Origin: Rebecca billardiae RCC1528
Taxonomy: Eukaryota; Protista; Haptophyta
Length of the DNA stretch: 64,000 nucleotides
Direction of reading: 5' to 3'
Assembly: GCA_965240325.2 (NCBI GenBank)
Contig: OZ251231.1
Location: 1,550,001-1,614,000 of the forward strand
Below, piece after piece: positions 46,373 to 57,150 of this stretch; the first letter of the stretch is position 1, and each line of letters begins with the position of its first letter. Made by a program: the position numbers and the translations under genes. A model generated the notes under the pieces. That model saw nothing but the letters and a program-made list of their open reading frames with translations. It searched no databases and had not been told where the DNA came from.

Positions 46373-48015
46373 TATATATATATATGTCTAGCCACTCCGC
46401 CATGCCCGGCTCGTACAAGGCGTCGGGTACGAATGGACTCTGGAGCTGGATGGTCGCGGCGCGCGGCGTCGTGGAGTAGACGACCACGATGATCAATCAT
46501 GGAACGATCAGGTTAGCTATGTTGGGATTTGAGCAACGAACGACAGCGGGCGCTGGCAGCGGCGTGGCGGTTGAGCTGCTGCCCGAGGTCGAGAGGGCGC
46601 CCGTAGCGTGCGGGTTGACGCGACAGCGGCGAGAGCAAGAGACCATCGCATGAGGGGCGACGCGGCGAAGACAGATGATGACGTCGCGCCGCCGAACGAT
46701 CAGGCGGGGAGCCGGGCCACACAGACAGCCAGCGACCTTACCGAGCAGAGGGGCTGCGGCGACTGCGGTGCACCTCCTGCAGCGGAGCGTGCACCCGGCA
46801 GTGCCCGATGCAGGCGATTCCCTTGCCCAGCTCGGCGCCTTCGTCGTGAGCAGCCCCATGGCGCCCCCGAGAGCGAAGCCTGATCGATCCGATGTGAGCG
46901 GTAACCAACCGAGTCCTGCAGGTGCGCCACTGTGGGCCAGATTGGCAGCGCACCAGGACTCCTGCGCGCGGCGGTGCGCGCGGGATGAACGCAGGAATGC
47001 CGTGCCTGACGCCGTGCGACGGTGCGAGCCGGATTCTTGGCGTCGCTCATAGACACTCAGTTATAGGTGCCCTATAACGCCACATATAGGTGTCTGCTTG
47101 ACCCTGCGTACGCAACCAACTGCCTGGATCTAGCCTGGATGCGGCAGGCGCATGATACTACTTACTTCACGCAGCTAGATGATCTACACTCCTGCGTATT
47201 ATTTAGGGCGGATGCCTCTCGTCGTCGTAAACGGCGAATATGTGATGATCATATGTTGCAGCCCGCCACAGCGGGCTGCAGAGGGGCACAGCAGGCAGCG
47301 ACCAGAAGCAGGCGGAGCGAGAGAAGGTTGTCGTGTCACGCCGTAAGAGCTATAGAACATAGCTGGGCGACCGAGTTCGTATTCAGCATTGATGCATCAC
47401 AAAGGCTTGTACGATGCTTGACGATGGCGGGGATGGTGAGCGCTCGGGGTGGTTGCTCCGGCCGCCAGAATGATGAGATTGAATGAATAATTTATTGTAT
47501 CCGCCATGCTGTAGGCGAGCGCGGAACAGGTAAGCTATATATAGCGTTTCATCAGCAGTGGGCCAGCTCAGCTTGGGAGGCGCAGGGTGCCGAGGCAAGC
47601 GGCTGCAGCAAGCGCGTGACTGTGCGTTGATGTCGAGAACAATCGCCAATTGGTTCGCCTTGAACGACGCAAGCAGACAGAGTCGATCATCGGCGGGCTT
47701 ATGGCCACGTACTTCTCGCCAGCGGACACAATCGATTACGGTGCCGCCAATAACACCATCTCGCACTTATACTGATGTCGTCGCGTCGTCGTCGTCATCA
47801 TCTGATGCTCGTCATATGATGATGATGAATGATGATGATGACGATTGATGATGTATCATGATGACGATGTCATGCATCTGCTGCCATCGGCATCTGGAAT
47901 ACGCGGCGCGGTACGTCGTAGCTGCTAGCTGCTATAGGCCTAGCAGCAGACGTACTACTTTACGACACTTATGACTATATATAGCTAGTCGTCGTCGTAT
48001 ACTGTCGTAGATACA

Positions 48016-49380
48016 TCAGCAACCGTACACCCGGATGGCCGAGGTGACTGTCCCCTGACAGATTGGGCACGGCATCGCGCGGAACTCGCGCGCGCTTGCG
48101 CCTTGAAGCTGTTGCAGGCACTCCGCGCACACGCACTTGTGCCCGCATGGGACGAGCACATGGCTGCTGCCACTATCCAGGCAGACGACGCACGTGCTTG
48201 CTACCACTTGTGCCTCCAGCTCTCGGGCGCGGCTCTCCGCTTCGAGCCGCGCCTGCTGCTCGGCGAACAGCAGCTCGATCGATACAGTCAACCCCGCGTT
48301 GGGCTGCCGCTGCGCGCCGTGCGTCCGGTGAGATGATCTCCGGGCTGGCGGCGTGGTCTCCCCCTCGCGTGCCCGCCGGCTGGGCTCCGCCGCGGCCGGG
48401 CGGGAGGACTCAGCCGGCTCGCCCTCCGCTGTCACCACCCGCTGAGCGCGCTGCCTTTCGTCCCAATCCAGAGCCAAGCTAATGTGCTCCGGCCGGTAGC
48501 CCCACCGCGGCAGCGCGAGTGCAGCGACCGCTGCAGAGATGCTGTCCGCGCTGAGCCCGAGCTCGGCCAGGCGATCCGAGATGCTCCGCTCTCGCGCGTC
48601 CGCGGCTGGTGCGAGTGGTGCGGGTGCGCCGCTGACCGGCGCCGCCGTGCTCGGCGCGCTAGCACCATCGGCGGGAGGAGAGGGGTGGTCGGAACGGGAG
48701 GGAGGCGGCGGGGCCCGCTGCTGCTCTCGCGCACGAGGCGTGCTGGCCCGGGGCCCCAGGAGCGGCGGGGCTGCCTGCGGCATGGCTGGCGCAGCTACCG
48801 AGGGCGCCGCCGCTGCTGTGCCCGCCGAGACAGACTCCTCCCGCTGCCAGGTCGCGCGCGGCCTGCGGTACCGCGCCACTGTGCGTCGTTCGTGCACGTT
48901 GGCGCTCGCCCCAAAGACTAAGGGACCATGCCCGCTGCTTGGCGGTTGCTCCGCCTGCGGCATGTGCGCATTACGCGCCACGTCTCCCGCAGACGGTGGC
49001 CCGAGCCCAGGCCTCGACGTGTGCTGGTCTGCCGGGGGATGGAACGGAAAGCCCGAGGTGCTCGGCATCGTCTCTGGCGGATCGAAATGAAAGCCAGCTG
49101 CTGGATGAGCGGTTGCAGGTGGTACTGCTGGCAGCTCAAACAGCAGCTGCTGCAAGCCGAACCTCTGCGGGGCACGCGACGCGCCTGGCTCAGTGACGAT
49201 GTTGCCCCACGCATCGAGCTCGTGCAGCGGCGCGTGCTTGTTGACAAGGATCGGCTCGCCCGTGGACTGATCTTGCTCCACGCGGTAGCGCGACGTGATT
49301 AGCGAGCCCCAGCCTTCGTCGCTGCTCCACACGCGCCCGTTGCTCAGCACGCGGACTCCGGACGCCGCCGCCGCGCGCAT
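48016..49380 (-). CDS. C-terminal C3HC4 RING (IAP/MIB-type) ubiquitin ligase-like protein; start uncertain
   Basis: CVVCLDSGSSHVLVPCGHKCVCAEC...CPICQGTVTSAIRVY. Confidence 0.8.
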   Translation of the reverse strand: MRAAAASGVRVLSNGRVWSSDEGWGSLITSRYRVEQDQSTGEPILVNKHAPLHELDAWGNIVTEPGASRAPQRFGLQQLLFELPAVPPATAHPAAGFHFDPPETMPSTSGFPFHPPADQHTSRPGLGPPSAGDVARNAHMPQAEQPPSSGHGPLVFGASANVHERRTVARYRRPRATWQREESVSAGTAAAAPSVAAPAMPQAAPPLLGPRASTPRAREQQRAPPPPSRSDHPSPPADGASAPSTAAPVSGAPAPLAPAADARERSISDRLAELGLSADSISAAVAALALPRWGYRPEHISLALDWDERQRAQRVVTAEGEPAESSRPAAAEPSRRAREGETTPPARRSSHRTHGAQRQPNAGLTVSIELLFAEQQARLEAESRARELEAQVVASTCVVCLDSGSSHVLVPCGHKCVCAECLQQLQGASAREFRAMPCPICQGTVTSAIRVYGC

Positions 49381-49710
49381 CCCACTGCTCGCCACCGCCT
49401 TGCCTGCCGAGCCAGAGAACGCGCGCTCGACGGCGACCCGCCTGATGCCCGCCGCACGGGCACGGGCAGGGCGAACGACCGTGACAAACGGCAAGTAGCG
49501 AAGAAATGTTGTGTCGAATCAAAGGAAAATCATCGTCTCAAATCTTTTCCTTTTCTTCAGCATCACAATGCCGAGCCTTTGTTATTTTTCGGGCCGCCTT
49601 GAAAACGACGACATCGAAAGTCTTCGTGGCCCGGCCTCATGCGCGGCGCAATCAAGCAGACATCAGCGTGCGGGGCGGCCCGGTCGGGCCGGCCCACGCC
49701 GTCACTGGGC

Positions 49711-50454
49711 ATGCTTGCCGTCGCGATCAGCGCTTCGAGCTCATCTCGCCTCGCACACTCGCCACTGCGCGCCGTGGGCATGTCGGCGACGGGGATGCAG
49801 CTGCCACTCGTTGAGCAGGCGCGTGCGCTGCGCGAGAAGGCAGCGAGCAATGGGGAGATGGAAGGGCTTCTCCAGGAGCTGGAGCAGTCTGGCAGCCGTC
49901 CACTTACACCCGAGTTCCTCGAGCTGGGCTTGAGCGGCCGTTGGCAGCTCTTGCATTGCACGCCGACAGATGCGGAGGCCACCGCAACTGTTGATGGCGG
50001 CGACCAGCGAGCGATGGCCGCGGCGAGCGGCTTCGTCGCGATGCCCGCGCGCGCACACTTTGCCTCGGTCTCGCCCGGCTTTGGCACGCTCACGACTGTC
50101 GTGCCCTGGTCGTGGGCCGAGCACGCAGTCGACGGCACGTTCACCGTGGAGTGCACATACCTGACCACGGCCGATTCGCGCGTGCAGATCTCTCGAACAG
50201 ACGCCTCGCTCGCGGTGAAGCAGGACCTCGAGCCCGCGCTGGCGGAGCCCCTCTTCGAGCATCTCCAGGCCTGCGTGCCCGAGCCCGTGCTCGATCCGCA
50301 CAAGTGCATCTTCGAGGTGCCTCACCTCGACGCCGAGCTGATGCTCACGCACTGCTCGGGCGTGCGCCACCGCGGTGCGCGCACGGCGTGGGAGCGGCTG
50401 AGCTGGAGCGCGCCGGCAGCACAGGACGAGTCCGCCGCGGCGCAGCCGGAGTGA
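49711..50454 (+). CDS. Probable plastid-lipid-associated (PAP/fibrillin)-like protein
   Basis: Signal/transit-like N-terminus; LLQELEQ..LSGRWQLL and FEVPHLDAELML resemble fibrillin motifs. Confidence 0.5.
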   Translation: MLAVAISASSSSRLAHSPLRAVGMSATGMQLPLVEQARALREKAASNGEMEGLLQELEQSGSRPLTPEFLELGLSGRWQLLHCTPTDAEATATVDGGDQRAMAAASGFVAMPARAHFASVSPGFGTLTTVVPWSWAEHAVDGTFTVECTYLTTADSRVQISRTDASLAVKQDLEPALAEPLFEHLQACVPEPVLDPHKCIFEVPHLDAELMLTHCSGVRHRGARTAWERLSWSAPAAQDESAAAQPE

Positions 50455-50840
50455 CGGGCGTCGAGCGGGGCGCGAGTCATTGCGAATGAGCTCGGCGGGG
50501 CCAAAGCTGCCGGCATTGAGCGTGCCGACGAGTGGCCTGCGTGATGACGGCGACCACTTTGGTCTTTGCGACGACGATGATGCCACGGCGGATGACACCG
50601 TTCGACAGAATGGCGAGAGCGCGCGCACAGACTCTTCGCTTGATGCGCCATTCCACACTGGCAGCCGCAGACCCTGCCGTCGTCGAGTGTGCTACCGTAC
50701 CCCTAGGCTGTCAGCTAGCCTTAGTCGTCGTAGTACACTTGTAGCTAAAACAGATCCAACCTCATCGAGGCGTAAGACTACTGTACAGTATGATACACTG
50801 TGACACACAATACTGGTCCCGGGCCAGCGCGATCGCCGCG

Positions 50841-53800
50841 ATGGCTGCCGCCTCGGCGGGCGACATTGCCATCTTCGCGCAGGCGCTGCAGCAGAGGCTA
50901 GGCCTTAGGGTCGATGTCGTCGAGTTGACCCCGCCGCCAGACGGCGCAGCGCCCCTCACGTCGCCCTGCGGGCTCATTGCGCTCCAGCCGTTCGCGCCCG
51001 GCGGCACGCGCGTGTTGCTTCTGAACAAGTGCTCGCCTCTCGTTGCGCGGCTTGCGGATCTGCACGCACGCGGCGACGCGGAGCTCGCGCTCGAGCTGGG
51101 AGAGGCGATTGAGGCCACTGGCTCGTTTCCGAACCAAGGCGTCGACCTCGAGCCCGCCGTACGCTGGAACCGCATGATGAACTGCGGCAACGCGCTCGCT
51201 TTCACCTGCCCCGTCCCGCTGAGGAAGCCGAGCCCGGGCCGTGCTGTCGTGCACGGCCGGCGCGTGCTCGTGCAATACGAGCGCGAGAGCCTGAGTGAGC
51301 CCTTTGTGGAGCGCATGGCCGACCGCTGGGCCGTCCGCGACGCCGCGCTCGCCGACGAGCTCGAGTGGGCACTCGCGCGCCGGCCGCAGCCACACGGGAG
51401 GCTGTGGAGCCTCCTGCGGCCGCTGGAAGGCCTTCTGCTCGGCACCGCGGCGGAGGGCGACGCCGGCGGCGGCGGCGCGGGCGGGCGCGAGCACGACGCG
51501 GCGGCGCGCGCGCCCGGGCATCCGGCCGAGCCGCTCCTCACCTACGCGCCGATGCTGCCTGTGCTGCTGGGCGCTGAGCGGCTGCTGGGAGCGACGCCGG
51601 CGGACGGCGGTGCCGAGGCGGGCGCGGCCGCCGGCCGCGGCGCACGCGGCGGTGCGCTGGTCGAGGCGTGCTCGCGGCTGCTTGCGACCGATCGGCTGTT
51701 CGCGCTGTCGGTGTTCTACTCGATCACCCTGATCGACCGCACGGGCACGCTGCGCGGCCCGCTGCGCACCGCCGCGCTCGACCCGCTGCCTTCTCGCGAG
51801 CTGATTGGGCGGCACGGCGCGCGCCCGCTGGCTGAGCTGCTGGAGGAGCGGGCGCGGGCGCTGTGGGCGCTCGCGGACAGAGGCGGCGCGGCGGAGGGCG
51901 AGGGCGCAGCTGCCGGGCCGTTGGAGCTGCAGGTCATGTGGAGCGGCGGGATCGACTCGACCGCCGCGCTGTGCGCGCTGATGCGTGTCGCCTCTGCCGA
52001 GCAGCGCGGCCGACTGGTGGTCGCGTGTGACGACGCTTCGATCAAGGAGTACCCGTACTTCTATTCGAGGTTCGTGCTCGGCGAGGGCGAGGGCGCGCAG
52101 CGCGCGCTGCGCGTGGAGCGCCTCGCGGGGCGCTCCGTCTCGCGCGAGGCCTTCGCCTCCCGCCGCCGCCTCAGCGTCACAGGCGAGCTGGGGGACCAGC
52201 TGTTCGGCTCAGACCTGATGGAGGCGGCGTTTCTCACCAGCCCCCCTCCGGACGGCGCTGGGGGCGGCGGCGCGGCGGGGTTCAACGCGTTCGCGGTGGA
52301 GGGCGGGCTGGATGCGCCGTGGCAGGCGACGCTGCTGCCCGCGCTCGAAGCCTGCGGCCTTCTCTGCGGCACAGCGGCCGAGTGGGAGGCTTGGGTCGCG
52401 CCACAGCTGGCCAAGGCTCCGCTACCCATCCGCTCGACCTTCGACATGCTGTGGTGGCTCAACTTCTCGTGCAAGTGGCAGCAGGTCTCGCTGCGCGTGG
52501 CGCACAACGCGCCCGAGGCGGCGGCGCTCGCGGACGGCGGCGTCGACGCGCCCGCCGCCCGGCTGCGTGTGCCCTTCGACCGCGTGCGCCACTTCTTCCA
52601 AGCGGCCGAGCTCCAAGGTGCGCGGCTGCGATGGGCGCGCCGCGCCCCCACGTGCGGCCGCGCCCGGCCGCCTGCGCACGCCCTCCTCTCAGCCGGGCGC
52701 GGCCTCGCGCACGTCGCGCCGCTCGCGCGCGCGCGCAGCGTGGGCGTGCGCGCCGCACAGCCACGCGACCAAGTTCGGCGACCGGGCGGTGTGGCGGAGC
52801 TACAAGGAGCCGCTCAAGGCGTACATCCGGGCGTGCACGGGGGACGAGGAGTACTACGCGCACAAGTGCAAGGTGGGCTCGCTCCACCGACCCACCGAGC
52901 GCCCGGCCGTCAGCCCGATGCAAGGGCTCGACGCCGCGGGGCGCGTGTTGCGATGGGGCGCTCTCTCGCTGCTGCCCGCCAACCTCGACCGCGCCGCCGT
53001 CGCGAGCGCGGTCGGCCTGCTCTCGGATGAGGCGCGCGCGGTGCTCGCGCCGGTGCAGAGCGCGGTGTGGCACCCGGCGACGCGCGCCGCGCACGTGTAC
53101 CCCTGGCCCTCCCTCAGCGGCGGCCGCAGCCCGTTCTCGGCCGAGCGCGGCGGCAGCGCACTGGCGCGCGCGGCGGTGTCGCGATTCAGCCGATCCGGCC
53201 GGCGCGCGAGCGAGCGAAGTCTGGAGGGCCTGTGCTCGGCGCTGGTGCCTGAGGAGCTGGTGCGCGGGCGCACGGTGCTGGAGCTCGGGCCGTGGCTCGG
53301 CGCGATCTCGCACTGGGCGCTCGCGCACGGCGCCGTCGCCGCCACGTACATTCATCACGATCAGGTGAGCAAACAAACACGCAGACGCGCGCGCGCGCAC
53401 CGCGCTCTGTCTGCGCGTCGCCGTGCACCGTGCGCGCCGCGCCGCGCGCGGCTGTGCGCCCGAGGGATCGGAAGCGCGAGGATTGGAAAGGGAATCGCTT
53501 TGCCCGAGTGCCACGTGGGGACGCGCGGCGCGTCGACACCCTGCGACCCGCCACGCCACGGCGCTGCGCCCCTTCCGGCGCAGGAGACGTGCGCACGCGC
53601 CTCTCAGCTGCTCCTGGCAGCAGCGGCCGCCGCGCCGCGCGCCGCCGACGTGCACTGTGCGCCGGAGCTGGAGTGGTTGTGCGGCCTCGCCGAGGGCAGC
53701 GTGGAGGTGGTCGTCGTCGCCGACGTGGTCGACGCCCACCCGCGAGCGCTGAGCGTGCTGCACGAGGCGGCGCGCGTCGCCGCGCGCGCCGTCGTCCTGA

Positions 53801-55530
53801 GCGGCGCACATGCTGACGGTGCGGTGCAAGCGCGCGCCACCCGCCGCGGCGTGCGCAGCTGAGCGAGCGAGCGCCCGCACGTGCGTGCGCTGCACGCTCT
53901 CGCGCCCGCTGCGCTGGTGGCGGAGGTAGGCGGAGCCGGGCGGCGGGTGTGGCCTCGCTGGACGGACACTGACGTGTGCACGCGCCCGCCTCCCGCCTGC
54001 CCCGTGCGCGCTGGCGCGTGTGCAGCGACGCGCGGCGGTGAGCTTCGAGAGACAAGTCTCAGAACGGTGCGCACCGCCCAGCGCGCGGCCGCGGTGGCGC
54101 AGCTGCAGCCGTCGGCGCCAAGCGCGCCTCTGCCCGGGCCCGGCGCGGCGCACGCGGGGACGGGGGCGACGGCAGCAGCAGGGCCGAGCGCGCGCGCGCC
54201 CACGGGCGCACACGAGACGCTCTCACTGTCGCGCGAGCTGTGCGTGCGCGCGCTGAGCTCGCACGGGCTTGAGTGCACCTCCGTCAGCCTGGCGCCACCG
54301 TCGTCGGGGGCGGCGGCGCGGACGGGTGCCGAGCGCGGCGTGCCCTCAGCCGATGCGACGGACGGCGTCGATGCCGCCGTGGACGAGTACTCGCACGTCG
54401 CGCGTGGCGACGTGCTGCCCCGGCGCTTCCTCCTCCGAGCAGAGCGCAGTGAGCCGGCGGCGGCGGTGCCCATGCCAACGGCGGCTACAGCCAGCACGGC
54501 AGGCTCGGCCGCGGCCGAGCTGCTCGGCAGCGTGCCGCGCTCGCACGCTGCCGAGCCGTGTGCCGCGGCGGCCTCTGCCGACGGCCCGGCCGCCGACGCC
54601 GCCCATGCCGCCGCGCCTGCCGAGCGCAAGGCCGAGGCGAGTCGCAGCTTCCTCGTCTGGCCGCAGGGCGTGGTGGTCGGCGCGGCGGGACGCCTCGTCG
54701 GATGCGCCGAGCGCGCGGGCACCCCAGCCCATGCGCTCGAGATGCACACCTGGTCGGCTGCGCGGCCCTGGTCGGGCGGCTCAGTGGGCGGCACCGCCTT
54801 CGGATTTGCGTTCTTCCCACCACCCGACGCGGCGGCGGCGGCCGAGCCGCCGGCCGCTGGGCGCGCGCTCGGCTCGGCTGCCGCCACCGCCGGCCCGGCC
54901 GGCCCCGCCCAGCTCGCCCACTCCAACGGCGCTCACACGGACGCGCTCCGCCCCGGCATGTACTTTAGCGCAGCTGGCGAGCTGAGCGTGCGCGGCGGTG
55001 CGGGCGGATTCGTGATTGTCGCGCCGCAATTCCACGGCCTGCACGCGCTCGGGGGCCCGATCGAGCGCCGCGGGCGGCTGCCCTACATAGACGGCTGCAC
55101 CGACACGCTGCTCGTGCCGCCGCCGCTGCTCGGCGACCCCTGCCTCAACCACCTGCACTTCCCGCCGGCGACGGTGCAGACGCTGCACACGCACCCGTCC
55201 GCGCGCGCGGGCTGCGTGGCGCGCGGCCGCGGCACGTGTGTGTACGACGGGAGCGGCCGGGCGCTGGGCGATGCGGATGGCATGCCGCAGCGGGGCGCGC
55301 TGGCACGCGCCCCGCTCTTGCCAGGCAGCGTCTTCATCATCCCGGCCGGGCTGCTCCACGCCTTTGAGACCGACGATGGGTGCAGCATGGACGTCATCGC
55401 CTACCATCCAGACTCTGATTTCGGGCCGACGCCCTCCGCGCACCCGATGATCAACCGCACCATCATCAACGGCATGTCGGCATCGCTCCTCGTGCAGCAG
55501 GCTGAGTGTCAGCAGTCGCAACGTCAATGA
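50841..55530 (+). CDS. Multidomain enzyme: unknown N-domain + PP-loop (asparagine synthase-like) + class I SAM methyltransferase + cupin; introns 52618-52738, 53365-53583, probably 53819-54025
   Basis: VMWSGGIDSTAAL, SVTGELGDQLFGS, DMLWWLNFSCKWQ, YKEPLKAYI; VLELGPWLGAISHWALAHGA; YIDGCTDTLL..GDPCLNHLHFP..QTLHTHPS..LHAFET..VIAYHPDSDFGP..HPMINRT. Intron phases checked; the third intron is least certain. Confidence 0.75.
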
Positions 55531-57144
55531 CCGCGTTCCGCGGTCCTTTTCCGTAGAACGAACGTAGTTCGGGGCCCGCGGTGGCGGTGCACCCTCCGTC
55601 GCAGTCGTCCCGTACACGTGTAACTAGACTCCATCCAGCGGCGCGCCGCCCCAGCGCCGCGCCGCCGCCGGCGTGCGCCGAGTGTGGATGTCGGTCGTCG
55701 GCCGAGCTGCCCTCATCACAGACGGCCCTTACCTGACCCCCTGCGCGTGCGCGACGGCCGACAGGCGGATGCGACTCGGCGTGATCGACGCACGAGCGCG
55801 ACTCTTGCACGCCAGGCCACCGGCGGAGCTGACTGACAGCCAGGGAGCCGGACGGCGCGGGACCGCGCGGATTCGACCGTTCGTTCGGGCCTGCCGCTGA
55901 CCGTCGTCGCCGCGACGCCAGCAGCGCAGGAGTAGATGATCTGCAGGTCAGTAGGGTTCGACCTGCGCGCCTGCGCGACGGCCGACAGGCGGGCGCGAGG
56001 CGTGAGCGACGCATGAGCGCGACTCTACGTGCACACCAGGCACCACGCGGCCGAGCTGACTGACCGCGAGCCAGGGAGCACGGTGCGAGCAGCCATGCAG
56101 CACCGGTGCTTGCGCGCGCCGCGCGTGCACGGGGTGACACACCTCGGTCAGGCTCGGCACGCGTCGCAGAGGCACGGCCAGCTCTGGGCACGCCAGGCGC
56201 CCAGGCCACGCGGAGCTGACAGCCACGGGGAGCCGACGGCGCGCGGGGCCGCGGCCAGTTCCGAGTTCGACTTGCGCCTGCTCTGAAGAAGAGTTCTGGG
56301 AGACCCTGGCGGAGAGGCATGGCAAGGGGGGCGTGTGGTGAAGTCGGAGACTCCGAGATCGATCAGTCCGGCATCATGCGCCGCTGCCCCCGAGCTTGCG
56401 AGAGCCCGAACACAGGGCGGCGGCTGCGGCGGCGGCGGCGCGGCCGCGCGCCGGCCGGCCGCGCAGGCATCGACAGGGCGCGGCAGGGGCGTGCGGAGTG
56501 ACTAGTGAGCGGGCACGAACGCGATGTCGACGGCCGTCGGGACCCGCCGCAGACGCGCGCTCCAGGCGCCACTCGGCACTTGCCACGCGCACCTGCCCAT
56601 CGAGCGCCCCCTTGCGGACCAACCAAGAGTCGTCGAGGCTCGCTCGCCACCCCAGCAGAAGAAACCTGCACAGCACGTCGTCCTTGCGACGACGGCAGGT
56701 TTTGAGCTCGCCAGCTCGGTAAGTCAGTGACTATGGAATGGGCTGGCAACGAATAGCTGCGCGGGTATTTTCAATAAGGCTTGCGGGTTTTAGACTCTAG
56801 ATACCAACCGCCGCGAAGCCAAGTTCATATTCATCAAGGCGGAGGCAAACTATCACACATGAACGAGAGTCTACCCACAAAATCGCGCTCGTAACGAACC
56901 GTTACGTTAATGTCACGTCCAGCTGACGTCCAGATCGCACTTTACTTAAGGGAATGAGCTGGACGCGCTTATTTTCGGCCTAATAGACCTCTCTATGCGA
57001 TCTCAAAAACTCGAAACTCGGTCTCCGCCAGCCCTAAAAATCGCCCCCCGTCCCTTTTTTCTTGATCAAAGATCTTTTTGAAACGTGGTTCGGGCCCGCT
57101 GGTGCGGGCTCCACGCTGCGCGCTCCGCCCTGCACCGCGGGCCA
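55528..57144 (-). mobile_element. Non-autonomous element, copy D
   Basis: Family termini; near-identical to copy E. Confidence 0.92.
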
Positions 57145-57150
57145 TAATAA

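Noticed and set aside
46400-47800. Short ORFs after element C
   Set aside because: Fragmentary with no identifiable domain; possibly a decayed sequence.
4439-55530. TGT and the SGGxDS protein as a linked queuosine (QueC) pathway
   Set aside because: 45 kb apart with many unrelated genes between; the PP-loop domain lacks the QueC CxxCxxC zinc motif.
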